The notes under the pieces are model-generated. The model was not told the origin of the DNA, did no database searches, and worked only from the letters and a program-made list of their open reading frames with translations. This document shows positions 24,450 to 37,300 of a DNA stretch of 38,730 nt, piece by piece. Every line of letters starts with the position of its first letter. Within the stretch, counting starts at the first letter, position 1. A program made the translations under genes and the position numbers. The stretch lies in contig RBNJ01000157.1 of NCBI GenBank assembly GCA_003990765.1, positions 1-38,730 on the forward strand, read 5' to 3'. The stretch comes from Jimgerdemannia flammicorona. Lineage: Eukaryota.

Positions 24450-27400
24450 ATAATGAATAACTACCTCAATAACTACTCTGACTATAAGAGTCACCTTCTG
24501 TAAGAATTTAAGATAAGATAGAAATATATCCTCCCATATTCTATAGATTTACTACTGAAGAGTTAATCTTGACCTTTATTAAAGACTTTAAATAATTTGC
24601 CACTATATAAGCTCTTAGTGTTGAAGCACAATTAGCTCTTCTACCTATCAGTCTCAGAGAACTTGCCAGAGATAAGTTCAATATAATCACCATTGCCAAC
24701 AATAGTATAGCCAAACTCACCAATATAAAGAACTTCCTCAGAACTATATACTATATTAAAGAGATCAAGTAAGCTCTTAAAGATCAACTCAATACTATCT
24801 GCCAAGGACTTAATGAAGACCCCAACTCATTTTACACTCAAATCTGCTACCAGATTGTCTTTGCTAACTATGATGACATCCTCAAGGAATAGATAGCTGA
24901 TTCAATCTTTCTAAAAAAAAGTCTACCATAAAATTACCCTAGCAATCTGATCTATTCCAGCTACTCTGACCCTTGACCAGAAAGTGGTCTTTGTACAAAG
25001 ATATTGGACTGCCAGACACTTTGTTAAATATTCAATAGAAAGGATAACTGGTATCAAGATAGAGCTATTAAAGCTAATCAATATTATACCCACTATAGCT
25101 CTTAACAGACAACTATCTCCACTTACTCCCAAGATGACCAAAGCCAATCTAGTAGAGAAACTCCCCCAGTAGTTTACCAAGATGACTGTACATCTTGGTA
25201 ATATTATTAGAGAAGTATGAAGTGCTAATAGGAGACTAGTACAGAAGTTTATAGCTACTATAGAGAAATATATCATTACATACTTCAAATATAGAGAAGA
25301 AGGCCACTATATAAAAAATTACATGACCAAAATAAGGCACAGAGTCCAATCAAGTAATACTACTAGAACTAGAGAATAAACTAATATAGTAGTCATTAAG
25401 GAGATTGGTAATACTGATAATGAAGAATACTATGATGAGTCTAAATTCTATCCTGTTACTGAAGATATCAGAACCTAGTCTAAGCCCTATAATAAGAAGG
25501 ACAATAGCAAGCCAGTTGGAAGACCAAAAAAGACCTCAACCATTACTATTCAAAGTAAGATCCAATCTGAGGAGATTGACCAAGATATAGAGTTAGATGA
25601 AGCTGCCTACCAAATTATTGAAAGCACTACTCCAGTCTCAGGAAAAAGTGAAAATAAGAAAGAATAGAAGCTGCATAAGACTAAGATCCATCAGTATGAT
25701 ATCTATAAAAACCTTAAGGAATAGAAGATCAATACTACTTTTGGACAACTAGCAGAAGTTCCTGCCTTCAGACAGCAGTTGAGAGCAGAACTTATAACCA
25801 CTGTCAAGAACTAACTGTATAAGATCATAGAAGCTCATAATGTATAAGAAGATGAATAAGAAGACTTAGGTAAAGAATTTGAAGATCAGCACAAGACCTC
25901 AGCCTATATGCAATATCAGATTTAAGATTATATCTTTAATGCTATCATTAATACTAGTGCTGAAGGATACCTTATAAGCAAAAAAGCAATTGACCACCTA
26001 GGCTGAGATATTGAAGAATTTACCAAAATAGTCTATATTACAGTAAATGGTATACAAGCTACCCCCCTAGATAAGATCTGAGAAGTTTCTATAAGATCAG
26101 AAGAGCTACCATTCTAGTAGATGTAATCATTATGAGTACTACTAACTATAATATACTCATTAGTAATCAATGGCTTTACAAGACCAAGACTATTGTTGAC
26201 CTTAATACCCAAAAGATACAGACCAACTATAGAGGAAGAAAGATATGAGTCTCTATCAATATTTACAAAAAGGTACTATCAGATATAGAAGAAGAAGATA
26301 AAGAGAATACAGAAGTCTTTATATACTCAGTATATAAGAATAAGAGCAAGACAACCAAGCTCACAGATGAGCAGTAGTATAACAAGATTATTGATAACTA
26401 TACTTCTCAAAGAAAATGCCCCCATAGTACTAGAATGTACTGCTCCAAATACCTAAATGACTACTGGTTCTGTACTAGTGAAGTTAGAAAAATCCATTAA
26501 TAAAGATATGAGTAAGAAGTAGCTGAAGTAAAAAAGAAAGTTAAAGAAGATGACCAGTCTCTAGAGCTTCAAGCTGATAGTAATAATGAGGAGGAATAAG
26601 AACCAGACATCACTCTCAAGGTTAAGAAGTTTTACCCCAAAGCTAAGATTCCAAAATACAAGACTGAAAAAGCTATAAAAATAGGCCTTACCAGCATCCA
26701 AGATGCTATCCTTAAACCACAAACCACCACTCTACTTGGTACTGAAATTGGAGTCAAGTTACCAGAAAACTATTCCAGAATTATCAAAATCAGAAGCAGT
26801 CTGGTCAAGAGCAAAATCTCAGTTAAAGGAAGAGTCATTGACCCTGATTACACTGGTGAGATCTTCCTTATAATCAGGAATCACAACTCCACCACTCCAT
26901 TCAAAGTCAAGAAATATGACAAGATTGGCCAGATACTAATCTATGAAGTTAAGAAGTTTAAGATCATTGAAGTCATTGAACTTATCAAGACTAAGAGAGA
27001 AGAACAAAGCTTTGAATTTACTGGAAGAGGAGCCTATGCTACTATCAAAATTACTGAACTCAAGTATAAGAAAGACAAGAACCAGAACAAGCACATATAT
27101 ATCATTGGAGAAAACTTTCTCCTAGAAGAACAACTTTTTAAGATCCTGTACCAGAATGAAGAAGTACTCACTACAGACTTCAGAGATATCCACAATCAAG
27201 AACCTAAGTACTACTATGAAGTTGATACTAGTGATATCAAGCCCATTTATCAGAAAGTCAGATCTATACCACCTGCTTACAGAGAATAGCTGTGAGCAGA
27301 ACTCAAGAAAATGGAAGAAGCTGGTATCATCAAGCAAGCTATTAGTCTCTGGGCTTCACCCATTATTCTTACTCCAAAGAAAGAAAGTAAGCCTGGAGAG

Positions 27401-29710
27401 TTTACTCTACAACTCTGTATTGATTATAGGAAGCTCAATGCAATTATCAAAAAGAATAGACAGCTCTTACCAAATATTCAAGAAATCCTTAATACTTTTA
27501 GAAGTGAAGCCAAATACTATACCACCTTAGATTTGTTCTCAGGCTTCTATCAGATCAGTCTCACTTAAGATATCAGTGAGAAATCAGCCTTTATTACATA
27601 TGATGCCACCTATGTCTATCTATAAATACCATTTAGAATATATAATACCCCAGTAAGTTTTCAGCAAATAATAAATAAAGTCTTCAAATGAAATTAAAAA
27701 ATGACTCTTGTCTATGTTGATAATATGATCATCTTCAGCAATACTATATGGGAATATATTAACTATATACAGCTAGCTCTCAAGAAGCTCAAAGAGTATG
27801 GCCTCTATATCAAGCTCAAAAAATATAAGTTTTCAGCTCAAGAAATTGTCTACTTAGGACATATCATCAACCAGACTGGAATTTATATAGACTCTATGAA
27901 GATTGAGGCTATTGTAGCCTATCTAAGATTTAGAACAACTACAGAAGTCTATGTCTTTCTTAGACTGGCCTCCTATTATAGAAGATTCATCAAAGAATAC
28001 TTCAATATTACAGCATCTATCTATAAGCTACTGAAGAAGAAGATCAAGTTTGAATGGACTAAGGAATGTCAAGAAATCTTTAATGAACTCAAGACTAAGT
28101 TGATCTAAATACCTATTCTCAGAAGACTAGATTGGAATCTAGAGTTCATCCTACAGACAGATGCAAGTACTATAGAACTTAGAGTAGTGTTAGCTTAGAA
28201 GAAAGATAGATATGAATATGTCATCTCCTATATATATAAGCTAAGATACCTATAGAGCAAAATAGAACTATAAGTTATATAAGCTTGAATGCTTAGCAGT
28301 AGTCTGGGCAGTAGACAAGTTTCACTACTACTTAGCTGGAAAATACTTTACTATTCAAATAGAGTATTCTGCTCTTACCTGGCTATTTCATACTCTGAAC
28401 CCCAAAGAAATATATATCAGATAGATTTACAGACTGCAAGAGTATCAACACCATCTAAAAAGAACTAATACCAATACTGATATACTCTTAAGGATACTCT
28501 GAAATACCCCCATTAAGACTATTCAACATGAATAAGGAGCTATGTATACTATAGATTAATTAGCTATCTTAAGTAGTGGAAGATATCTAATTACCTTAAA
28601 CCCTAAACTATTACTATTATTAACTAAACTTAGAAACAATTTGAACTAGATAACACCATACTCAGAAAAGGAGAAAAGCTCATTATACCTGAATATAAGA
28701 AGTATTAAGTAATGAAGGAAGTATATGAACAAAGATATTTAAAAGGAATCAATATATACAATAAGGCAAAAAGAATCATGTAATGGTCTAAGATAGAAGA
28801 AAACCTATACCAATTTATCAAAAAGTGTAACAAGTACTAAAAACAGAAATAAGATCAGTAAGACCAGATACCCAGATTATCAAGAATCAAACCTATTTTC
28901 TTCTACCACATTATAATAGATATTATTGGATCACTACTAGTAACTCTATTAGAAAACTGCTATATTATAGTTATTGTAGATCTCTTTACTAAATAAATAG
29001 AAGTAGGAGTATTACAAAAAGCTAATACTCTCTCTATTACTAACTTCCTGTACCAAGAAATCATCTGCTACTATAAGACACCAAATTACTACAGACTGTA
29101 GTACAGAATTTGTCAACAGATTCCATAAGATAATATATCAGAAATATAAGATTTAGTATATCAAAACTACTATATATCACTCTCAAGAAAATAGACAGAT
29201 AGAAAGAACAAATAAGACCCTTAAGAACATCCTGGCCAAGATCTCAGACACATATGAGAATTGAGATAATTATCTCTCAACTACTCTCTTCATCCAATAA
29301 GATATATAGTTACAGAGTATACACTTTACCCTATCTTCAGAGAAGAAAATTCTGATAGAATCTTAGCCACAAATCAAGACCTACTTAGTAATAAATTGAC
29401 TCAGAAATCTGAAAACTATACCAAATCAGAAAAAAGGTAGAATATTATATCACTAAGTCACAAGTGTTAATAAAAAAGAATGCAGAAAAGAATCATAAAA
29501 CTTTAGAACCCATTCAAATTGGAGAAAAGGTCCTACTTTATCAAAATATAATAGAAGTCTTATAGTTATAAAAACTGAAGCCCAAATAGGAAAGACTCTT
29601 TTATATACAAGATATCAAAAGAACTACCTTCTGGTTTAGAAAACTCTCAAACCATACTACTTACTATAGTATATAGGAATAGACTCAAGAAATACCATGA
29701 ATCTATATAA
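24450..29710 (+). pseudogene. gag-pol pseudogene
   Basis: Gag QGLNEDPNSFY; zinc knuckle YFKYREEGHYIKNY (from CxxCx4Hx4C) at about 25280; protease AIINTSA (from DTGA) at 25941; RT WASPIILTPKK, LCIDYRKLN, LDLFSGFYQI, YVDN (from YVDD); RNase H ILQTDAS; integrase IVDLFTK, YHSQENRQIERTN, IGEKVLLY and RNRLKKY. Ends approximate. Confidence 0.92.
26600..27025 (+). pseudogene. Trimeric dUTPase domain within pol, between protease and RT
   Basis: LKVKKFYPKAKIPKY, IRSSL (motif II), RVIDPDYTGEI (III), YDKIGQIL (IV) and TKREEQSFEFTG (motif V, from RGxxGFGSTG). Stop-free and in frame with RT (27311-26600 = 711). Missed by the ORF track. Confidence 0.92.
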
Positions 29711-30073
29711 GAGAAGTAAAATATAATGACCATCTATAAAGCTAGTCTATAAATCATAACAGCATATTCTATAACTAGTAGATAATCTGTCAGAACTATT
29801 CTCTAAGAGATATGATACTAGCAACTACTCATTTATAAGACTTTCAAAGCCAGAGGAGTTCAAACCATCAACTAATTAGTCAAGATCAGAATCAGGCCCT
29901 TGTTCTATATAAAGAGAGCTACTCTTCACCATTATGCCAAAATATATAAGGAAGATACTAGTTCATAAATACCACTTTTTGACCCTCTGCCAGAGGTTAT
30001 GGGATCAGAAAATTTTTCAGACTGAATCAATAAATAAGAACATTCAAGAGAAGATTCTTATTTAGAAGAAAGA

Positions 30074-31643
30074 TGTAACAGTAATCTCAGAATGGTGACA
30101 TTATCACAGAAGACAGCCTTTCTTATAAGTCACTAGATCAGAGTATAAGAAGATTATATAGCATAACTTACTCAGACTACAAGATGAGTAATAATAACCA
30201 ATTATGAGTTATGATAACTATAAGATAGATATCTTAAGAAATATAAAAGAAGGACCAAAAAACCATAGTAGTAGTAACTCCAATAAAGACTTACAAAAAC
30301 CTAAAATAGTTCAAAAGACTCACTATAAACAAAATATCTATTACTTACTAAACTGCAAGATTCAGGAATTACCAAGGCTTCTTAGTCTAAGAAAGGATAT
30401 TCCAAGATATCAAGAGAGCTATAAGAACTTGTACTAGAAGGATCTCTAGCCTCAACTTGGGCACTGGTAACTCTTACTACTTTATCCTCTACTGCTATGA
30501 AATGGAGATAAAAATTACTACTACTACTGAATGCCTCTGGATATAGCAGAAATACAAAATAGGAAATCTCCTCTACTAGAAATTTCCTCAGACCAGTCTC
30601 TAAGAGATATAAGATACCACCTCTATAGATATATATAAATTGAGAGTAGCCAAAAAGATCTATCAGATCTTCAGGTATATACCTTAGTCAATTCCCAACT
30701 TAGAGTATACCAGAGTCTCAGACTTTAAGAAATTGTCAGCCTGCTGTATAGATACACTAGAAGCTATGGTGGTCACAAAAAGTATCACTCTCAAAAGTGA
30801 TGAGATAGAAGAGTTCTGGAATCTTATTCTTGAGGACAATTCAGATCAATTTCTATAAGGATTAATCTCAGTATTCCAAGGCCCCAGTATTCAGATCAGA
30901 CCCTCTCAAGATCTCACCTTTGTCTTCTATTTTGTAGAGGAAAATATCATAGATTGGAGAGCTCTTGATCTCCTTTCTACTACTATTAAATATGATGATG
31001 TTATTAGTGATAATGTCATTTCACTAATTAATATATATGAAATGAATGAAACAGAAATATTTGCTGACCTTATTTTCTTTGAAGACATCCTATCTCCAAT
31101 CTTTAGTCTTGATGATAGCAATGAAAATGAAGTCTCCAGAATTCTGAACATTTTACTCTAATTTGTTTATATAGCTATTTATTTGAACACTTGAATATTC
31201 TAGTATTCTGATCTTATATAACTATTAGAAATTATTCCAGCATTCTGATCTTATGCAACTAATTATATAGATACTTAAATTTATACTTACAATCTGAAGT
31301 TTCTTGTATTCAAATATCTTATTTGATTATTGAATTTTATATTTTAGCAATTATTGAATTATATTCTATATAAATATCCCTCTCATTTCCTTTGAAATAA
31401 AGTTAGTATTAAAATACTCAAACATTTAAGTATCTAACTACTCAAGAGTAGCCCTCTACTCAATTTCATACAAGTAAATTTAAGAGATAATAGAATAGTT
31501 TAAAGATAAGAAGTTTGAGAACTATAAGATCTTAGAAAGATACTCTAATAGAACTTACTTATAAGAAACTTATAGTTAATCTAAAAGATATATCTTGAAG
31601 AGAATCTGACATACTTGGAGAACTTAGTACTCACTATATGATA
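30074..31643 (+). repeat. 3' LTR (1570 bp)
   Basis: Starts TGTAACA directly after the PPT, ends ATGATA (from GTGACA), followed by the TSD CTAT. Confidence 0.93.
30334..31161 (+). pseudogene. LTR-embedded ORF of unknown function, 3' LTR copy (276 codons, single frame)
   Basis: ATA (from ATG) at 30334 to TAA at 31159-31161 with no frameshift. Internal stops are TAA/TAG only, and several are CAA in the other LTR. Confidence 0.7.
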
Positions 31644-32150
31644 CTATATAGGAAGTCAGTCAATCTTTAGTATCAAGTACTAGTATAGATTATCTGCAGG
31701 TTGTCAGTACCTATAATAGAGCTCTCTAAACTTTGGCAAGCTTCTCAGTAAGCATAGTTCTGATATAGATAATTGTTTTTCAGATAGTATTAGAATAAAA
31801 GAGAAGGTAGCTATCACAGATAGGAAGAAGAGTAATAATAGTGAGCTAGTCAGATATTAGGCTGAGGGTAGTCATTAGAGTTAGAATAGGTATTATCTCA
31901 GTAAGGCCCTTTGATTGGCTGGCAGATAGTGGGGTAGTATTGTAGCTAATATTTTTGCTATATTTAATTAGAACTAGAAGCTGACATAGTAATATAATTG
32001 AGGTCCACAGGTTTGAGAAGTGAGACCTTCCTTATTTAGCAGTACCTGACTAGAACTAAGAGCTGATATAATAATATAATTAAGATCTATAAACTCAAAA
32101 AGTAGAATTGGAGTCTTTTTAGATCTTAGTCTATATATCAGTCTTTTTGA
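31644..32150. repeat. Repeat X, right piece
   Basis: Aligns with about 37877-38362 and includes the same ~80-bp internal tandem duplication. Confidence 0.8.
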
Positions 32151-32449
32151 GGAGATCTTATACATATATATAGTATACAGTACTTATACTCAATCTTTTG
32201 ATTATAACTTTATATTATATATAATAAAAATAAAATAAAAATTATAAATTGATATAAAATTTCATTAAGTTTAATCAAATAGAGAGTTTTTTTTTATCAT
32301 CATTTTTTATATTTGCATTAAGATTAGTCATAATTTCAGCCTTAAATCTAAAGCTGAAAAGTTAAAATTTAGTATTAATTATAAGTCAGTCTTAAGCAAA
32401 ATTTAACTTTAAAAATAAGTCAGTCTAAAGTAAAATTCAATACTATCAC

Positions 32450-33356
32450 TCTGATACTCTGGCAAAATAGAACTAATTACCAAGAGATCAAACTTATCTC
32501 TATTATCCAAATAAAGAGACTATCTTATAAAAAGAGAAATATCTACTATATCTATATAGTAGAAGAGATAGTAAAAGCTTCAACTAGCTTAGTCCCATCA
32601 GAAGCTCAGAAACTCTTTAAGAAATTCTAAGATATTTTCCAGAAATCTACAGATATTTTACTCAAGCATCAAATTTAACATAAGATTGATCTTATTCTAA
32701 GAGCAAAACTCTCATATGGTCTAGTCTAAGCTCAAAGTCCTTTAGATCTTTAAAATTAAGGTATTCTTTTTGCTAGATTTATGAAATAGATATTACCAGA
32801 TTCTTATTGATGAGAAGAATATAGAGAAAACAGTCTTCAGAATATAGTTTAGATACTACCAATTCTAAGTTATATCTTTTGATCTAATCAATACTCCTGT
32901 AATCTTATATCTCTTATTCTGTAATATGATTTAGTCAAATTTAACTTTAAATTTTTAAATTTTTTTTTTTGACTTGATATTTATTATAAAATTATAAATA
33001 TATATATATGAAATAAGTTAGAAAAGTTGAAAAAAATAATTGAATTTTTTTATTTATAATTTAATTTTTATTTTTATTTTTATAATATTTTTATATTAGT
33101 TTTTTTTTTTTTTTTTTTATAGCCAAATTTGGCTGTATTGTATAAGGGATATATCTTAGTATATATTGATGATATTATAATTTATAGTGAAATAGTTAAG
33201 TTGTATTATACTTATCTATAAAATATACTAATTTTACTATAAGAACACTAGTTCTATATCAAGATGAGCAAGTGTAAATTCTACTAAGACCAGATTAAAT
33301 ATCTAAGATATATCATCTCAGCTGATGGTATCAATATAGATCTCTGAAAGATATTA
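32450..33356 (+). mobile_element. Relic reverse transcriptase of a second Ty3/gypsy family, internally deleted and interrupted
   Basis: F*DIF..HKIDLI.RAK..YG, LDL*NRYYQILIDEKNIEKTVFR, VISFDLINTP (from MSFGLTNAP), LVYIDDIIIYS, KMSKCKF and YLRYIISADGI. Confidence 0.85.
32906..33153. mobile_element. MITE-like insertion with degenerate terminal inverted repeats inside the RT relic
   Basis: TATATCTCTTAT...AGTCAAATTTAACT on the left versus AGCCAAATTTGGCT...ATAAGGGATATA on the right. AT-rich non-coding core that splits the RT motifs. Confidence 0.55.
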
Positions 33357-33359
33357 GTT

Positions 33360-36300
33360 CTATAGGATATTTTTATCTCTACTATTCTTAAGCTTCTTTA
33401 ATAATAACTTAGCAATATATAATCCAATTTTAATGATCTTAATATCATTAGAAAGGCCTTATTAAGGGCTTTCAAATGATTAAATTTAGATGATTATTTA
33501 TCAAATTATTGATATAAACATTTAATTGTCTAATTTGGAAATTAAAATAATGATTGATTCAAATCAATCTGAATCCAATTTAGATTAAATTGACTCATTA
33601 AGAGTACTATATATCATTATTAATATATTATAGTATATTTATTTATTTATATTTCTTTATCTTTTATATAGAGACAAAGAATTGCATATATAATAAAGAT
33701 ATGTTGAATATATGTCAGGTAGAATACAAATTATCTTAATATTGAATTTCTGTAAAACCCATTAAGCTAGTAGTAAGTTTCACTCAATAATTTTAATTTT
33801 GATAGCTTATTCAATTTGAACTAATATAATCTCTATTACCTAAAGAAATATAACTATTTCATTTATATTATAATAATTATATAAAGTATATATCCAGTTT
33901 ATACTTATTTGAACTAGAAATACTATTGTGGTAATTTATCAGATATACTTTTTACCAAAGTCAATAAGTATAATTATATCTATATATATAATCCTTTGCT
34001 TTACTCTATATTCAAGGGCCAATTTAAGAGTAATTTATATAATATAAGTTATACAAAGTAATATTTTTATAGTACTTATTCTTTTTAAAGAGATGGATAT
34101 CAGTATTAGTATTATTATATAACTCCAAAATGAGATATTTGATAGTTGTATATTTGGAGCAGATAGAGTATTGAGTTTGATAGTTTAACTATTATATAGT
34201 ATAATTAGCTCAAATGATATATATTATACTTCTAAAGATCTTTATACAAAACCTTACAAACTATATACTGATAATATTAAAGAATCTTCTTTTTAAATAA
34301 ATATATTTGTAGATTATAACAATAAGTAATTTTTATTTAAAGTTGATAGAAATCAGCTAAATATACTAATAAGTAGCTAATTTATATAAGCTAATAAATA
34401 GCTTATTTCTACTAATTTTTACCATTAATTATATTTATTTGGATAAGATGATGAAGATTGAAATTTAAAATTATCATTTAGAAGTATGTATTTGAACTAT
34501 AATATTATTATTTATATTTCTCATTAAGCTTTCAAAACTTAGAGAGAACTTAATTATTTATATATATACTATTATTTATATTTTTTCAGAAATTAGAGAA
34601 AACTTAATTATTTAAAACTATATAAGCTATCAATTATTTATATGAAGTTTATTTTAATAAATATAATATATAAATATACTTATGATCTTCTTCATTTAGA
34701 TATATCTCTTTACTATTTTCAAACTTCTCTTATTTCTTCATTATAGTAGTCTAGATAATATTTAGTTACTGATATATTTCTGGTAAGCTAACTATACTAA
34801 TTATCCTGAGAATATTATTTATTGGGATTTCTATAACAATTCCTCAAATTTGATTTTAGTGATGACTATATAAATTTAATATATATAATTAGATTCTATA
34901 ATATATAAGTAAAAAATACTCTCATTATGTAAACTTACTAAATACTAATATTCTCTAATCTAGTATCTTCAATTGGTACAATTGAATCAAACTAAATAAT
35001 ATCTTTGATCTGTAATATAGTCTGTAATTTGAATGTATGAAGACTAGTCAAATAATCTCTTCAAATATATATTAGTACAGATTTTATTGACTATATAGTT
35101 CTTAAACTTTGTTTATTGCATAATATTGAAGTTGAAAGTTTTGTTGACTAGATCTCCTAGAAGACTAAACTTGGTACTATGTTGTTTATAGATAAGAAAT
35201 ATCTTATCAGAATTAAATATTAATTATTTATACTGGTGGTCTTTATTAAGGTTATAAATATTCCAAAGAACAGAAGTGAGCTCAGAAATAAGACCAGTCT
35301 TAATAGCATTAAGAACTTGTCTCCTTATATTGCTTAGCCAATAGATTATCTATAAATAAAAGATAATTAGAAAAAATCAAATATATATAAAAAAGAGAAA
35401 TATATATAAATATAAATATACTTTTAAATATTTCACAGTTTAATCCTTAGTAATTAATATATTGATATTAAAATCCATATTGTTAGATATTTTTTTCTAT
35501 TGGGCTATATATTGATAATAACTATATATCTAAGTAACTTAAGCTTAGTAGTATATTTTTGATCAAAATATATATCTTTGGTTTCATCTTATATTTTTCA
35601 AGAAGTTTCAAATAGCAGAGTATTGTAGGAGAATTTTGAGCTTGAATAATAATAGATGATATTAGATAGAGAGAACTTCAGTAGAGAAGATATTGGTAGA
35701 AGAGAGATAAAATGATGATTGATAGATAATTTGACTTATACATTATATAGACAAGTATGAGAGAGGTAGAAAAGAAGAAAAGAGATAATGAGAGAAAGTA
35801 AGAAGAGTGGGAGAGATATGTTAAAAGACTGTACTTTTATATTATTAATAAGAATAAAAATTGCTTATACATATAATAACTAGCATATATTGACTAGCCC
35901 ATATATTAGCCAGCCTATTAATAAGAGTATATATTGGCCAGCTTATCAACAAGAGCATAATATATTAATTAGTCCATCAATAAGAGTATATATTAGCTAG
36001 TATATATATTAACTAGCCTATTAATAAGAGCATATATTAGCTGATCTATTAATAAGAGTATAATACATTGGCTAGTCTATTAATGAGAGTATATATTGAC
36101 CAGTATATATTAATAAGCTTAGCATATATAATCAGTCACCACTAATATATATTGATAAATATATTGGTTAATATATACTAATTATTATACAAGTAATTCT
36201 CATTAATAATATATAATATATACTTATTAACTAGTATATATTAGATAGTATTATATATTGATTTAGTATATATTAATAAGCTTTCAGTATATATAACATA

Positions 36301-37300
36301 CATATATACTAAGTCTCTTAAGCTTAAATTATATTATTAATCAATTATATTGAACTTTTTGATAGATCTCAAGCTTCTTAAACTATTATAAATTATTATC
36401 TAAAGTAGTAATAATTAGAAATTAGCATATTTCAATCTTTTAAGGAGTATTTATATATATTCTTGCTAAATTCTATAGATTTTTCTATATAATGAACTTA
36501 TAAAGATATTATGATATAAAAATATAACTGGGTTTTGTATATATATATATATTATCAGTAAATAGCATAATTACTATATAACTATTATTGATTTTTACTA
36601 AAATTTTTACTATTTATAAAAAATATTATTATAATATAATTCTTCTATAAATCTATATTAAACTATTAATATAACTATTATCTTAGGAGTATGAAAATGT
36701 TCTCAATATATTTATTTTCATTTATATGGATTTTTGATTATAAAAATAATAATAGAAGTCAGTATATCCCAGATATATATCTCAGTGAAAAATAATTCTA
36801 TATGACTCTTACTGAGATATCCTTAACCTACTTAGATATAAATTTTCTTAATATCTTAAGATCTATAAAACCTGCTCATTTTTATTGAGATTTTATATTT
36901 TTTCTTTAATATGAGGGGTGGGGTTCTGTATTTTTTCTATATAGAAGTGACTATTTTTCCTTATCAGCAAATTTGCTTACTTGATCTGATTGACTAGCTG
37001 CTCAACTTAATTGGCTAACTATAGTCAGCTTATTGATCTCTAATTTATTATATTCAGTCTATACTCAGGACTATATATTTCACTATAAAATAATCTTAAA
37101 TTAAAATAAGAATTTGATTCAATTTAAAGTTCAATTTAAATTTAGTATAATAAAAAATATTAAATTTAGATATATTATTTTATTAAGTTATTATATTCTA
37201 AATTAAGATAAATTTAAATTAAATTATATTTTTAATTTAATTTAAATTAACTCTAATTTAATTTAATTTAAATTGATTTAATTTATTTGAAAGTACTAGC
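33360..37300. mobile_element. Heavily decayed DNA-transposon debris; family not identified
   Basis: CpG-free and very AT-rich. Minus-strand coding-like and intron-like remnants at about 33650-35740, a tandem array, and two similar ends (...AGTACTA at about 33608 and 37298) preceded by AATTT/AAATT short repeats. Confidence 0.45.
35880..36300. repeat. Degenerate tandem array, unit about 28 bp (approx. AGYATATATTRRCYAGYCYATYAAYAAG)
   Basis: Repeated AAGAGYATATATT..C.AG motifs with C/T and G/A variants. Confidence 0.75.

Larger units (their letters stand above)
22803..31643 (+). mobile_element. Full-length but mutationally inactivated Ty3/gypsy LTR retrotransposon (8.84 kb): gag-PR-dUTPase-RT-RH-IN, 4-bp TSD CTAT
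   Basis: Two ~1.6-kb LTRs, TSD CTAT at 22799-22802 and 31644-31647, polypurine tract AGAAGAAAGA at 30064-30073, PBS-like TAGTATCC (from TGGTATCC) at 24400, and gypsy domain order. Confidence 0.95.

Noticed and set aside
21245..31161. Stop-codon reassignment or readthrough explaining in-frame TAA/TAG/TGA in the TE ORFs
   Set aside because: Host genes end at standard TAG/TGA/TAA and have no internal stops. Stops differ between the LTR copies and match C>T/G>A changes.
22803..31643. Dating the insertion as very old from LTR divergence
   Set aside because: The divergence is almost all directional transitions, so a neutral clock would overestimate the age.
35880..36300. CRISPR-like array
   Set aside because: Eukaryotic context, no unique spacers, degenerate head-to-tail units and no cas genes.
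37080..37300. AT-rich quasi-palindromic repeats as a centromere or origin
   Set aside because: Better explained as hypermutated subterminal repeats of a transposon end. A similar end occurs at about 33530-33608.
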